NCBI RefSeq assembly: GCF_963921235.1
Contig: NC_086108.1
Span: forward strand, 100,008,001-100,072,000
Length of the DNA stretch: 64,000 bases
Reading direction: 5' to 3'
From: Mobula hypostoma
Lineage: Eukaryota
The stretch's first letter is position 1. Every line of letters starts with the position of its first letter. Made by a program: the position numbers and the translations under genes. Positions 1 through 11,527 of the stretch are shown piece after piece. Below the pieces are notes generated by a model. The model was not told where the DNA came from. It did no database searches and was given only the letters and a program-made list of their open reading frames with translations.

Positions 1-590
1 AAGAACTGGGATATTCCACAGGAACTGATCTCCAGGATACCCCACAGGAACTGATGTCTGGCACAGCCCACAGGAACTGACCTCTGGGATACTCCACAAG
101 AACTGATCTCTAGGATATTCCACTTGCCACATCATTCCAATCGGAAAAGGATACTTTTTGTTCCAGTCTTGATGAAGGGTCTCGGCCCATAACATCGACT
201 GTTTACTCTTTTCCATAGATGCTGCCTGGCCTGCTGAGTTCCTCCAGCATTTTGTTCTTCCGCCAGGTCATTAATGTAAGTAGTAAACAATTGAGAGGCA
301 AGAACTCATCTCTAGGATATCCCACAAGAACTGGGATATTCCACAGGAACTGATCTCCAGGATACCCCACAGGAACTGATGTCTGGCACAGCCCACAGGA
401 ACTGACCTCTGGGATACTCCACAAGAACTGATCTCTAGGATATTCCACTTGCCACATCATTCCAATCGGAAAAGGATATTTTTTGTTCCAGTCTTGATGA
501 AGGGTCTCGGCCCATAACATCGACTGTTTACTCTTTTCCATAGATGCTGCCTGGCCTGCTGAGTTCCTCCAGCATTTTGTGTGTGTTTCT
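1..590 (+). repeat. Near-identical tandem duplication (325-bp period) containing a ~27-bp minisatellite and a Penelope pLTR tail
   Basis: 1-255 recurs at 326-580 almost base for base; internal unit ccacaggaactgatctctgggata; degenerate hammerhead-like motif cagtcttgatgaagggtctcggcccataacatcgactg in both copies. Confidence 0.85.
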
Positions 591-914
591 TTATTCCAAC
601 TCTTTGATTTCTATGCGACAGACACTTTTCAATCCATGCTAACGTGCTTCATCCAGTACCCTAGGGCTCTTAATTTATGCTCCAGCCTCTGACGTGGCAA
701 AAACCTCTGGAAAATCAAAATACATGACATAAAGTTAGATTAGATTAGCTTCATTTAGATTGAAAGAGGAGAATGACTGAAGATGAGGAACAATAGGTCA
801 ACTACTTTAACATTCATTGTTGGTAAGGTGTTAGAATCAATAATCAAAAACGAAATAACTAGTAATTTCAGAGAGCTCCATACAACCGATCCTAGTCGAC
901 ATGGTTTTATGAAA

Positions 915-1190
915 GTTTGAAACATCAAAACCTACAGTGAAATGCATTACTTGCATCAATAGCCAACACAGTCTGAGAGTGCTAGGGGAAGACGGAAAGT
1001 ACCACCATGCTTCCAGCACCAACATAACATGCCCATAACTTACTAACCCGTACATCGTTGGAATGTGGGAGGAAACCACAGTACCCAGAGGAAACCCATA
1101 CAGTTATGGGGAGAACACACAGAAAGTGGCAGGATTTGAACCCCTATTGCTGGATCTGAAAATCGCTGCACTAACCGCTACACTACTGTG
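915..1190 (-). mobile_element. tRNA-derived V-domain SINE (decayed)
   Basis: tgtgggaggaaacc...gaggaaaccca motif (reverse complement of V-domain) and tRNA-like head remnant. Confidence 0.65.
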
Positions 1191-1234
1191 CTCACCCCCC
1201 CACAGTACAAGTATCATTTCTCCCCATTACAGGC

Positions 1235-1512
1235 ACTACGGTCGCATAGTGGTTAGTACAATACTATTACAGCTCAAGGTATTGCAGGGTTCAAAGTTCA
1301 CTTAAGAGTCTGTAAGGACTCGCTGTAGATTCAACCCGTGGAACAAATGTGTGGGTTTTCCCTGTTTTCTCTGGTTTCCTCCCACAGTCCAAAAACGCAG
1401 CGGGTAGGTTAATTGGTCATTGTAAATTATCCCATGATCAGGTTTGTTTGGAGGTTGCTGGGGCATCGTGGCTCGAAGGGCCTGTTCTGTGCTGTATTGC
1501 TAATTAAATAAA
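1235..1512 (+). mobile_element. tRNA-derived V-domain SINE
   Basis: A-box-like gcatagtggttag head; tgggttttccctg...ggtttcctcccacagtccaaa; aataaa tail; similar copies at 25473 and 63055. Confidence 0.7.
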
Positions 1513-1749
1513 TCTTCACAGAACTTAAGCATATTTATCACACATATTTTGCCTTTCAGCTCTCTGAAATGATTAGTTATTTCCTTTTTGATTATTGACT
1601 GTAGCATCTTCACAACAATTAATAGTAAAGTGGCTAGTCTTTAATTTCTCATTTTCTTTCTCCTTTTTTAAACAAAGGTGCCATATTGACTATTTTCCAA
1701 ACTTCTTCTACCCTCCTAGAACTTACAAAGTTTTGAAAAATTTCCAAGT

Positions 1750-2280
1750 AAATTCAAAGTAAGTTTATTATTTAAGTATGTATATGTCACCATATACTAC
1801 CCTGAGATTCATTTTCATGCAGGCATTCATAGTAGAAAAGAGAAATATAATAGAATCAATGAAAAACCTCACACAAACAAAGGTTGACAAACAAACAATG
1901 TGCAAAAGAAGGCAAACAGTGAATATTAATAAATAAATAAATAGATAGATAGATAGATAAATAAATAAATAAATAAAACTGAGAGTTTTTAAAAGTGATT
2001 CTGTAGATTCTGGAATCAGTTCAGTGTTGAGGTGAGTGAAGTTATCCACACTGGTTCAGGAGCCTGATGGTTGAAGGGTAATAATTGTCCCTGAATCTGG
2101 TGGTATGGGACCTTAAGGCTCCTGTCCCTCCTGCCCGATGGTATTAGCAATAAAACAGCATAGCCTTCTTGGTGGGGGTCCTTGTTGATAGATGCTTCTT
2201 TCTTGGTCCAGCGCTCCTTGTAGATGTGATTAATGGTGGAGAGGGCTCTGCCAGTGATGGGCTGGGCTGTGTCCACAGTT
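1750..2280 (-). mobile_element. Rex1/Babar-like LINE 3' fragment nested in a decayed CR1 (1515-2850, -)
   Basis: ORF 2016..2276 AQPITGRAL...KKEASINKDPH...LIPSGRR resembles Rex1 C-terminus; flanks read as CR1 RT antisense. Confidence 0.7.
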
Positions 2281-2859
2281 TTTTTTCACAGGCTTTCTTC
2301 AATTTCAACAAATGCGTCCACCATCTCTGTAACCAGTTCTTTAAGAATCTTGACTATAAGCAATCGGATCCTGGAAATTTGTCCACCTTTAGCCTCCTGA
2401 GTTTCTCTAATATATTATCCCTTGCTGCAAAGATCTTTACAGGCATTTCACCGCTATTTGTAATTAGCTCATCCACTAGTTAGAGATATTTGCAGGGTTC
2501 TCCATGGTAAGACTGATGCAAAAAGTTACTTATCATTAATGTTTTTGATTCCTCTTATTAAGTCACCAGCCTCATTCTCTAGAAGTTCTTACCTTGACCA
2601 TTCTTTCAATATAGAAGCATATGCTTTTTGTGCTGTTATTACACACAGGTTTCCTCTCAAAATAAATTTTCTTCCTTCTTATGAGATTTTTAGTCTTTTA
2701 CCACTGGATCCTAAAAAGGTTCCAATCCTCTGGCCTAACACCAACTCTTGCCAGTTTATTTGTCTTACTTTTCAATTTAACATTTTCCTTGACATCGCTG
2801 TGAAACACAGACTGTACCACTTCCTCTTTCTAATTGGGATAATTTCCTGCTGAGTATCA

Positions 2860-3785
2860 TAGAACGTGGAACAGTACAGCACAGTGCAGGTCCTTTGGCC
2901 CATGATGTTGTGCATATTTTGACCTAATCCGCAATCAAAATTCAACCCTTCCTCCATACATTGCCCATAACCGTCTCCATTTTTGTTTCATCCATGTGCT
3001 ATCGATGAGTCTCTTAAATGCCCCCAATGTCTCTCCCAGCACCCCCAGCAACAGAGGAACTGAATGCTCTTTGTGTCAAAAAGCCTACCTCTAACTTCTC
3101 CCCTAAACTTTCCTCCACTTGCCTTAAAAGGATATCCTCTAGTTGTAACTATTGCCAGTCTAGGAAAAAGTTGCTGGCTGTCCACTCTGTCTATGCCTCT
3201 CATAGTCTTATACACTCTATTATATCGTCTCTCATCCCCATTCAGATATGGACCAGCTGTTTGAATATCTCCCTCAGTTCATCAGTTGACCTATCTCTTA
3301 GCTTATTTTCTCCACCCACCTTAGACAACTCCACCTTTGTACCATTACAGACACCCTTATCTAAGTAGAAGACGGAAGATTTGGTCCGGTGGTGTTCAAC
3401 CTCAATCTGCAACTGTAAGTCTATCATATTGTGGTCACTTGCTAGTAGTGAAACTTTAACCACAGGATTTCTTACTAAACCTTCATCTTTGTCAAATCTA
3501 AAATAAGCTATTCCTGGGTAGGTCGTTAGACCATAAGGCATAGGTGTATAGATCCATCGAGTCTGTTGTTCCCTTCTATCACGGCTGATTTATTAACCCT
3601 CTCAACACTATTCCGCTGCCTTCTCCCCATCACCTTTGACACCCTTAACTAATCAGGAATCTGTCAACTCTTGTATTAGATATACCCAATGACCTGGCCT
3701 CCAATGCTGTCCATATCAAAGAATTCTTCAGATTCACTACCCTCTGACTGAAAAAAGTCCTCCTCATCTGTGTTCTAAAGGATCT
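2860..3785 (-). mobile_element. Cluster of CR1 LINE fragments (3' ends and endonuclease piece)
   Basis: ORF MYKTMRGIDRVDSQQLFP...TRG; ORF SDHNMI (APE end motif). Confidence 0.8.
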
Positions 3786-4207
3786 TTGCCTGTTATGCCG
3801 CTGTCATTTAGGGCAGCAATGAAGGTTCTCCATCTCTGGCGGCCTTCAGGGCTTCCTTCATTGCGTAAGTGGCTTCCTTCATTGCGTAAGTAGCTTCCTC
3901 TCGGTTTTCACTACTGTCAGTTGTGCAAGTCCCGGGTGGAGACTCAAGAATACCGTCACACTCATATGTAGAAGGATTCTTCATTGCTGTTTCCATAACA
4001 ATTTTGTTTTACCAGTCAGGGGTGTTAGCCCTGAGCTGAACCCCCGAACCTGGAGGACCAGTGGACCACTCTTAGTCTGTCCTCTACCTTTTGACCTGTT
4101 TGGCATGGGTGACCCTACCAAGAGCCAAAGCATAAAACCCTGACTTCAGACAACATGGCTCACTGGGTCATTGAGGCACACAAGGCCTCCAAGCCCTATG
4201 TCAAGGT
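3785..4207 (-). mobile_element. Non-autonomous bipartite RTE-derived element
   Basis: RTE-like 5'UTR motif (gttagccctgagctgaacccccgaacctggaggacc) joined to RTE-like 3' end (gatggagaaccttcattgctgccctaaat on -). Confidence 0.55.
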
Positions 4208-4209
4208 CT

Positions 4210-4510
4210 GATCCTCCTGGAAGAGTTCTAAAGGAATGTGCTTGTATTCTAAAGCTGTGCTCTCTGGACCAAGATGGGTAGGTTCCATAACAAACTGCTC
4301 TAAGAAGCAATCCCTGATGCACTCCACAAATTCCTCTTCTGCAAAACTCTTGCCAGTTTGGTTTGTCCAATGAACATGTGGATTAAAATTACTCAGAACA
4401 TTTGCAATTCCCTGGATATTTCCCCATTCAGGGACTACTCCCACTCATGTCTTCCTTTGCCTATTATTCATGAATTCAAGCCAAACCAACTCTACATTAC
4501 TATCCACTGC
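4210..4510 (-). mobile_element. CR1 endonuclease fragment
   Basis: ORF NFNPHVHWTNQTGKSFAEEEFVECIRDCFLEQFVMEPT. Confidence 0.8.
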
Positions 4511-4979
4511 CTCTTTACCATTACTCACCGCTGCTGAGAATCCTTTGAGTAAAAGTCAAAGTCGTGTTTGCTGCCACATGGACAAATACATGTGTACACA
4601 GTTACAATGAGAAACTTGCAGTAACTTGCAGCAGCATCCCAGACGCATAGCTCTAGAGACACAGCATTCATGAGTAAACAAGAAATTAAACATCAATTAT
4701 ACAAGAAAGAGCACAATTAGAACAAAAAAAAAGTCTATAGCAGTGCCAAGTAGGCTAAGTGGTCATTGTGTTCCTATAGTGAGGTAGTAATTAAAGTTGT
4801 GCAAGTTGATTCAAGAACCATATGATTGAAGTTAAATACAGTAGCTGTTCTTCAAGATGGTCATGTGGGACTTCTATACCTCCTGCCAAACAGTAGCTAT
4901 GAGAAGGTGAAGGGCAATTGGGAGGTGCTGTGGTAGCATAGTGGTTAATCTAACGTTATTACGGTACTCCACAAACTAG

Positions 4980-5360
4980 CTCCCCTCTAACCCCTTCTCT
5001 TCACCTGCCTATCAACTCTCTCCAGTGCTCCTCCTTCCCTTTCACCTCCTTCCCTCTTCTCTCCTATCAGATTCCCTCTCCTTCCACCTATCACCTGCCA
5101 GCTTCTCACTTCATCCCTTAACCCCACCTACCCATCTCCTCCCACACCTGGTCTCTACTAACACCAGCCAGCTTGTACTCCTTCCCCTCTCCCCCGCCTT
5201 CGTACTTTGCCTTCCTTTCCAGTCCTGATTAAGGGTCTTGGCCCGAAACGGCGACTGTTTATTCCCCGTCATCGTTGCTGCCTGACCTGCTGACTTCCTC
5301 CAGCATTTTGTGTGTGCTGCTCTGGACTTTCAACATCTGCAGAATTACCTGTGTTTATGA
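4980..5360 (+). mobile_element. Penelope-like pLTR/3' remnant
   Basis: Pyrimidine-rich tract then agtcctgattaagggtcttggcccgaaacggcgactg; homologous to 39690-40083. Confidence 0.75.
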
Positions 5361-5739
5361 AAGACAAGTGCTGCTATATTCTTCCCAACATGGGTCAGCA
5401 TGTTTTGTGCTGGTGTATTACAGTACAGGGAGTCTCCAGTGTATTTTACTCTCTCTCCACCGCCGGTCTCACCCCTTTGCTGAGGAGTGGGATGCATTTT
5501 GCATCCCCCAGTTTTACACCAGCTTGACAAGCTGATCTAGTTCAGTCCCATTCATTTTAATTGGATGACTGATCTTCATTAACACGGGAGTAAGGGTGAA
5601 GCGTTATGTTCCTTTTTTCTTATTTCACTTTATAATTACATTTTTAATTAATTTTCAATGGTTTATTGTAGTTACACCTAACTATTTTCTGTTCTGAAAG
5701 CTTATAAACGATTTTTTTCTTATTTTACTAATTGTGCTT

Positions 5740-6232
5740 CATAAACACGAGAAAGTCTGAAGATGCTGGAAACCCAAAGCAGCGCACACAAAATGCTGGA
5801 AGAACTCAGCAGGTCAGGCAGCATCTGTGGAAATGAATAAACAGTCGACGTTTCGGGCTGAAGTCCTTCTTCAGGACTGGAATGGAAGGGGGAAGACGCC
5901 AGAATAAAAAGATAGGGAGAGGGGAAGGAGGGTAGCTAGAAGGTGATAGGTGAAGCCAAGTAGGTAAGAAAGATAAAGGACCGCAGAAGAAGGAATCTGA
6001 TAGAGGAGAAGAGTGGACTGTAGGAGATAGGGAAGGAGGGAGAGACCCAGGGGGAAGTGGTAGGCATGTGAGAAGAAGAGGTAAAAGGCCAGAGTGTGCA
6101 ATAGAAAGAGGGGGGAGAGGGAGGGAAAAATTACCAGAAGGAGAATTCGATATTCATGCCATTAGGTTGGAAGCTACCTAGAGGAATATAAGGTGTTACT
6201 CCTCCACCCTGAGAGTGGCCTCATCTTGGACT
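5740..6232 (-). mobile_element. Penelope-like 3' remnant (GIY-YIG end plus pLTR)
   Basis: atattcatgccattaggttggaagctacc (antisense of GSxQPxGMNI); hammerhead-like motif at 5843-5879. Confidence 0.8.
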
Positions 6233-6539
6233 GACCATTTCTCAATCAGCTAGAAATCCATCTGGATGGAAGCCTTGATATCTCTCCCAACCATTCTACC
6301 TCAGGACACAGCTGAAGCAGTAAGCCTTCACTGCCATTAGACAAGAGACTGCAAATGCAGGAATCTGGAGCAAATTAAGGTGGAGTATAAGATTAATACC
6401 TGGATTCTAGGACTTTATTTTTTGGAATGTGGAAGTTCACCCTGATTCAAAGCAATGTTGTCTTATTTCTATATACATTATCTGGTTAGATACATTATAC
6501 ACAGTACATGTATGTAGTTACGTGACAATAACCTGACTT

Positions 6540-7670
6540 GACTAGATTGAGGACAAATTTGATAGAGGTATTCAAAATTATGAGGGGTAGAGATAGGGTA
6601 AATGCAGGTAGGCTTTTTCCACTGAGGTTAGGTGGAACTAGGGTGAAAGCTGTCAAGTTTAAGGGGTACATGAGGAGAAACTTCTTCACTCAGAGGGTGG
6701 TGGGAGTGTGAAACAAGCTGCTAGCATAAGTGGTGCCTGCAAGCTCGATTTCAATGTGTCAAGAGAAGTTTGGATAGGTACATGGATGGGAGGGGTATGG
6801 AGGGGTATGGTCCAGGTGCAGGTCAATGGGACTAGGCAGCTTAAATGTTTTGGCATGGACTAAATGGGCCAAAAAGCCTGTTTCTGTACAGTACTTTTCT
6901 ATGATTCTATGACTCTATTTTTAGCAGTATCTAGAGACAAGGGGATCTAAGAGCCCACATTCATAAATACCTCAAAGTTGCCACACGTGTTGACAGGGTG
7001 GTTAAGAAGGTGTATTGTGTGTTTTCCTTCATTAGTCGGGGAACTGAATTCAAGGACCGTATGGCAATATTGCATCTCTATAAAATTCTGGTTAGATCAC
7101 ACTTAGAGTATTGTGTTGTGTTCTGGTTACCTCATTGTAGGAAGGATGTTGAAGCTTCAGAGAGAGTGCAGAAGAGATTTACTAGGATGCTGCCTGGATT
7201 GAAGAGCATGTCTTATGAGGAAAGTTTGAGCAATCTAGGGATCCACCTTGGAGTGAGTGAGGATGAATGGTGACTTGATAGAGCTGTATAAGATAATCAG
7301 ATGCATAGATGCAGTGGATGGCCAGTACCCTTTTCCCAGGCAGAAATCTCCAATACGAGGGAACATAATTTTAACGTGATTGTTGAAAGGAGAGATGGCA
7401 TTACTAGAAATTTGAGACATCAAGGTTCATGCCATCAGGTAGGACGCTACCCAAGTGGAACATAAGTTCTCAACCCAAAATGTCGACTGTACTCTTTTCC
7501 ATAGATACTGCCTGGCCTGCTGAGTTCCTCCAGCATTTTGTGTGCGTTACTTTAGATTTCCAACATCTGCAGATTTTCTCTTGTTTGTGATTGAGTAATC
7601 TTGAAATAGGTTAAAAGGCTGGCACAACATAATAGGCCAAAGGGTCTGTACTATGCTATGCTGTTCGATG
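6540..7670 (+). mobile_element. Two CR1 3' fragments with a nested Penelope remnant (~7415-7590)
   Basis: ORF LYKILVRSHLEYCVVFWLPHCRKDVEASERVQKRFTRMLPGL; (ctatga)n tail at ~6900. Confidence 0.8.
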
Positions 7671-8479
7671 CTCTAGCTCAAGAGATGCTGGTGGATCCCA
7701 GAAGGTCAGACACGGTCAATGGAGGGAAATGGACAGTCAATATTTCTAGTGGAGACTCTTCATCTGTAAAACATCGGCAATCCCACCTCCTCCCCACTAA
7801 CACCACCTCTATAGGCTCCTTTTATTTACTTTCTGGTTCCTGTCTATTTCCCACCATAGATGCTACTTGACCCACTGAATTTCTCCGGTGTGTTACTAAG
7901 TAGGAGCCTCTGTAAAACTAATCCCGGAGTTGAATCCAGTTGCCAAGTTGCCTTGAGGACAATTCAGACTGTAGTGTCAAGAAAGATGTAAAGGCTAAAG
8001 GTTTGGAATTCTAAACACCATAGTGGCCAACATCTAGACCTTTGCAAGCAAGATGTCAAAAAATATGTCAATTTTACATGAATTGTGGGAGAAAGAGTCA
8101 CTTTCATGTGAATTTCCCAGCCTGGTGTAATGAGGAAGTGGAACTAGACAGCTGCCTCAGCTAACTAGGCCAATTGTGCAAGGCTGCACAACCTCATTGA
8201 AAGTCTGGGCCACTAAATTAAGGGTGGAAAAGGGAAGGACAGAACATCTGTGTCCTGTTTGCCCAACCCTTGAATAAAAAGGTGCAGAGTCATGTGGGTC
8301 CTGGGCAGGGGTAAGTCAACGAACATAGTAGGAGATTGGAAGAAACTGTACAAATGAGAGGACATTGAGGAGATTTGTAGCAATGCCCGGTAACAACCAC
8401 AGAAGAAGAAAGACCATTAATTTGGAAGACATGAAAAGATTACAAACCCCTGACAAGTTCTCTTCCAAGGGGAAAAAAT

Positions 8480-8855
8480 CCCCTTCCCTTCCCCTCTCCT
8501 TCTATTCCCCACACTAGCCTCTTACCTTTTCTCACCTGCCTATCACTTCCCCTGAGTGCCCTCTCCCTTCTCTTTATCCTACGCTCCACTCTCCTCTCCT
8601 ATCAGATTCCTTCCTTTCCTTTCCGGCCCACCTGGCTTCACATATCACCTTCCAGCTAGTCTCCTTCCCATCCCACCCCCTCACCTTTTTATTCTGCCAT
8701 TCTCCCACCTTCCTTTCTAGTCCTGAAGAAGGACCTCAGCCCAAATTGTTGACTGTTTATTCATTTCCATTGAGGCTGCCTGACTTGCTGAGTTCCTCCC
8801 GAATCTTGTGTGTGTTGGTTTGGATTTCAGTATCTGCAGACTTTCATGTGTTCCA
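8480..8855 (+). mobile_element. Penelope-like pLTR remnant
   Basis: Homology to 39690-40083; degenerate hammerhead at 8719-8755. Confidence 0.7.
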
Positions 8856-9069
8856 TGGATAATGTTGAAGTCAAAGCTGTGAGTCATATGATTAAGTATA
8901 CTGAGTGATAAGTTAGAAAAGTGAATAAAAAGGGAGTTATTGGAAATTAATTGTAAGCCGTACAATGCAATATATATACAAATCTTATTGTAATATAGTA
9001 TTTATTATGTATTGCACTGTGCAGCTACTACAAAACAAAAAGTGTCACAACCTATGTCAATGATACTAA

Positions 9070-9635
9070 GCAACATACATCAAAGTTGCTGGTGAACGCA
9101 GCAGGCCAGGCAGCATCTATAGGAAGAGGCGCAGTCGACGTTTCAGGCCGAGACCCTTCGTCAGGACTAACTGAAGGAAGAGTGAGTAAGGGATTTGAAA
9201 GCTGGAGGGGGAGGGGGAGATGCAAAATGATAGGAGAAGACAGGAGGGGGAGGGATGGAGCTGAGAGCTGGACAGGTGATAGGCAGAAGGGGATACGAGA
9301 GGATCATGGGACAGGAGGTCCGGGAAGAAAGACGGGGGGGGGGGTGACCCAGAGGATGGGCAAGAGGTATATTCAGAGGGACAGAGGGAGAAAAAGGAGA
9401 GTGAGAGAAAGAATGTGTGCATTAAAAAGAGTAACAGATGGGGTACGAGGGGGAGGTGGGGCCTAGCGGAAGTTAGAGAAGTCAATGTTCATGCCATCAG
9501 GTTGGAGGCTACCCATACGGAATATAAGGTGTTGTTCCTCCAACCTGAGTGCGGCTTCATCTTTACAGTAGAGGAGGCCGTGGATAGACATGTCAGAATG
9601 GGAATGGGATGTGGAATTAAAATGTGTGGCCACTG
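9070..9635 (-). mobile_element. Young 5'-truncated Penelope-like element in a Rex1-like tail
   Basis: Near-identical reverse complement of 39514-40083; flanked by gatactaa direct repeat (9062-9069, 9636-9643). Confidence 0.9.
9133..9168 (-). ncRNA. Minimal type I hammerhead ribozyme motif
   Basis: Minus strand reads AGUC-CUGACGA-AGGGUCUCGGCCU-GAAAC-GUC-GACU; intact core, stem I AGUC/GACU. Confidence 0.8.
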
Positions 9636-9744
9636 GATACTAAACCTGATTCTGAGGAATCATGTCTAAGCAATTTAACCAATAATAAAGATTAAAGACA
9701 AATAACATGAGTTTGAGACTCTCTTTGTTCAACTTTCATACTGT

Positions 9745-10348
9745 CTGCCTCAAAAGATGGGATTATCTGTGGCCACCCATTTCAATTCTACTTCCCATTC
9801 CCATTCTGACATGTCAGTCCATGGCCTCCTCTGCTGCCAGAATGAGGCCAGTCTCAGGGTGGAGGAGTAACACCTCATATTCTGTCTGCATTGCCTCCAA
9901 CCTGATGGCATAAATATCGATTTCTCTAGTTTCTCCTTTCCCCTTCGCTCTTTTTCCATTTTCCATTCTGGTTACCCTCTCACCTCTCTATCCTCCTCAC
10001 CTGCCCATAACCACTCTCTGGTGCTCCTCGTCCTTCCCTTTCGTATATGGGCCACTCTCCTCTCCTATCAGGTTTCTTCTTCTCCAGCCTTTCATCTCTT
10101 CCATTTATAACCACCCAGCTTCTCACTTCACCTAATTTCACTCATCACCAGCCAGCTTGTAGTGCCACCCCTCCCCCGTCTTCTTATTCTGGCTTCTTCT
10201 CCCCTTCCTTTCCAGTCTTAATGAAGGGTCTCAGCCTGAAACGTTGACTATTTGTTCTACTCCGTAGATGCTGACTGACCCTCTGAGCTCCTCCAGCATT
10301 TTGTGTGTGTTGCTTTGGATTTCCAGCATCTGCAGACTTTCTTGTGTC
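9745..10348 (+). mobile_element. Older Penelope-like 3' fragment
   Basis: gtggccacccatttcaattc... (VATHFNS), QPDG motif, pLTR with degenerate hammerhead at 10214-10249. Confidence 0.8.
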
Positions 10349-10941
10349 AGTAAATATATTGGTTATTGGTTCATTATTGTCACATGTAGCAAGATACAGT
10401 GAAAATCTTGCCTTGCATACTGTCCATACAGATCAAATCATTGCACAGTGCATTGAGATAGAACAAGGAAAAACAATAACAATGGCAGAAAAAATGTGTA
10501 AAAGTTATTGATACAGCTTAAAGAGATTGCGGTGGAAATACACAGTATGTTATGCAGGATGACAAATAGAATTAGCAGTTCCGGTGAGGCTTTCCATCAG
10601 AATGACATGAAGCAGTAACTCCATTCCTCCTAGCACGGATGCTGCCTGGCTGGTGGTGAATTCCCAGTATTTTATGTTTTTGTCTCAGGTTTCCAGAATT
10701 GCCAGTTTTCTACTTTGCAATAAGCATTGGTGGTGTTGGTGGATTAAAAAAAATATTACCCAGGGAATATATCCTCTAGCCTTATTCAAAGTAGGATGAT
10801 GGGATCCTTTGCATCCATATAAAGAGCCACTAAGGCCTACTGACGTGAAGGCAAATGATCGCATTGACATTCATTGGCAAGTAGAAAGTTGCAAATTCAA
10901 CATCCCTTGTGAAACGTAACACCTCTATCAGGATAGCTCTC

Positions 10942-11187
10942 TGTTGTGTGTTTAACATTAAAGTAATAGTTGAGTAATCTTGTATATATAATTGGTTGAT
11001 TCAGCATTCCTGTTCATTTAAATAATTCATTATGAGTTATATGTAAAATCCGTGAGTTGCATACGTCATTGCACTACCATGTGATACGTGCGCGCCTCAC
11101 TTAAAGCAAAGACGAAGTTTGACTCACATTTCAGACTCCCAACTTCAGTTGAATTAGTTTAATGTTTTGAAGTTACAAAACATAACA
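10942..11187 (+). mobile_element. Solo LTR (246 bp)
   Basis: TGTTGTGT...ACATAACA inverted termini; 5-bp flanks ctctc/cactc (4 of 5 match). Confidence 0.65.
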
Positions 11188-11527
11188 CACTCCTTCAGTC
11201 CACATTTTTGTCCTCCGGTGCCTGGAGTGAGCCTTGAACCCATAAGGGGCTCCCTGCTCAGCTACGGCTAATGAACAGCAAAGGAAAAGGTAAATGTTGC
11301 TCTCGTCACAAAGTCCAGTAACTTAATGACACGCTCTCTGATCAGATGTGGCCACGATTCTTGGTTTCTTAGACAAAGATTGTGGAAAGAATTACAGAGA
11401 GAGATGACCATCTGTGGAACCAGGCTCAAAGCTTCTAGGTGATGTGGTCAAGGGAGGAGGGAAAGGAAGAAAAATCTGACAGAGACAATCCGAGGGAAAA
11501 TGGTGATATTTTACAGAAAGCAGGACT

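Noticed and set aside
1..450. CRISPR-like array of short repeats
   Set aside because: Contiguous degenerate tandem units with no unique spacers; eukaryotic context; no cas genes
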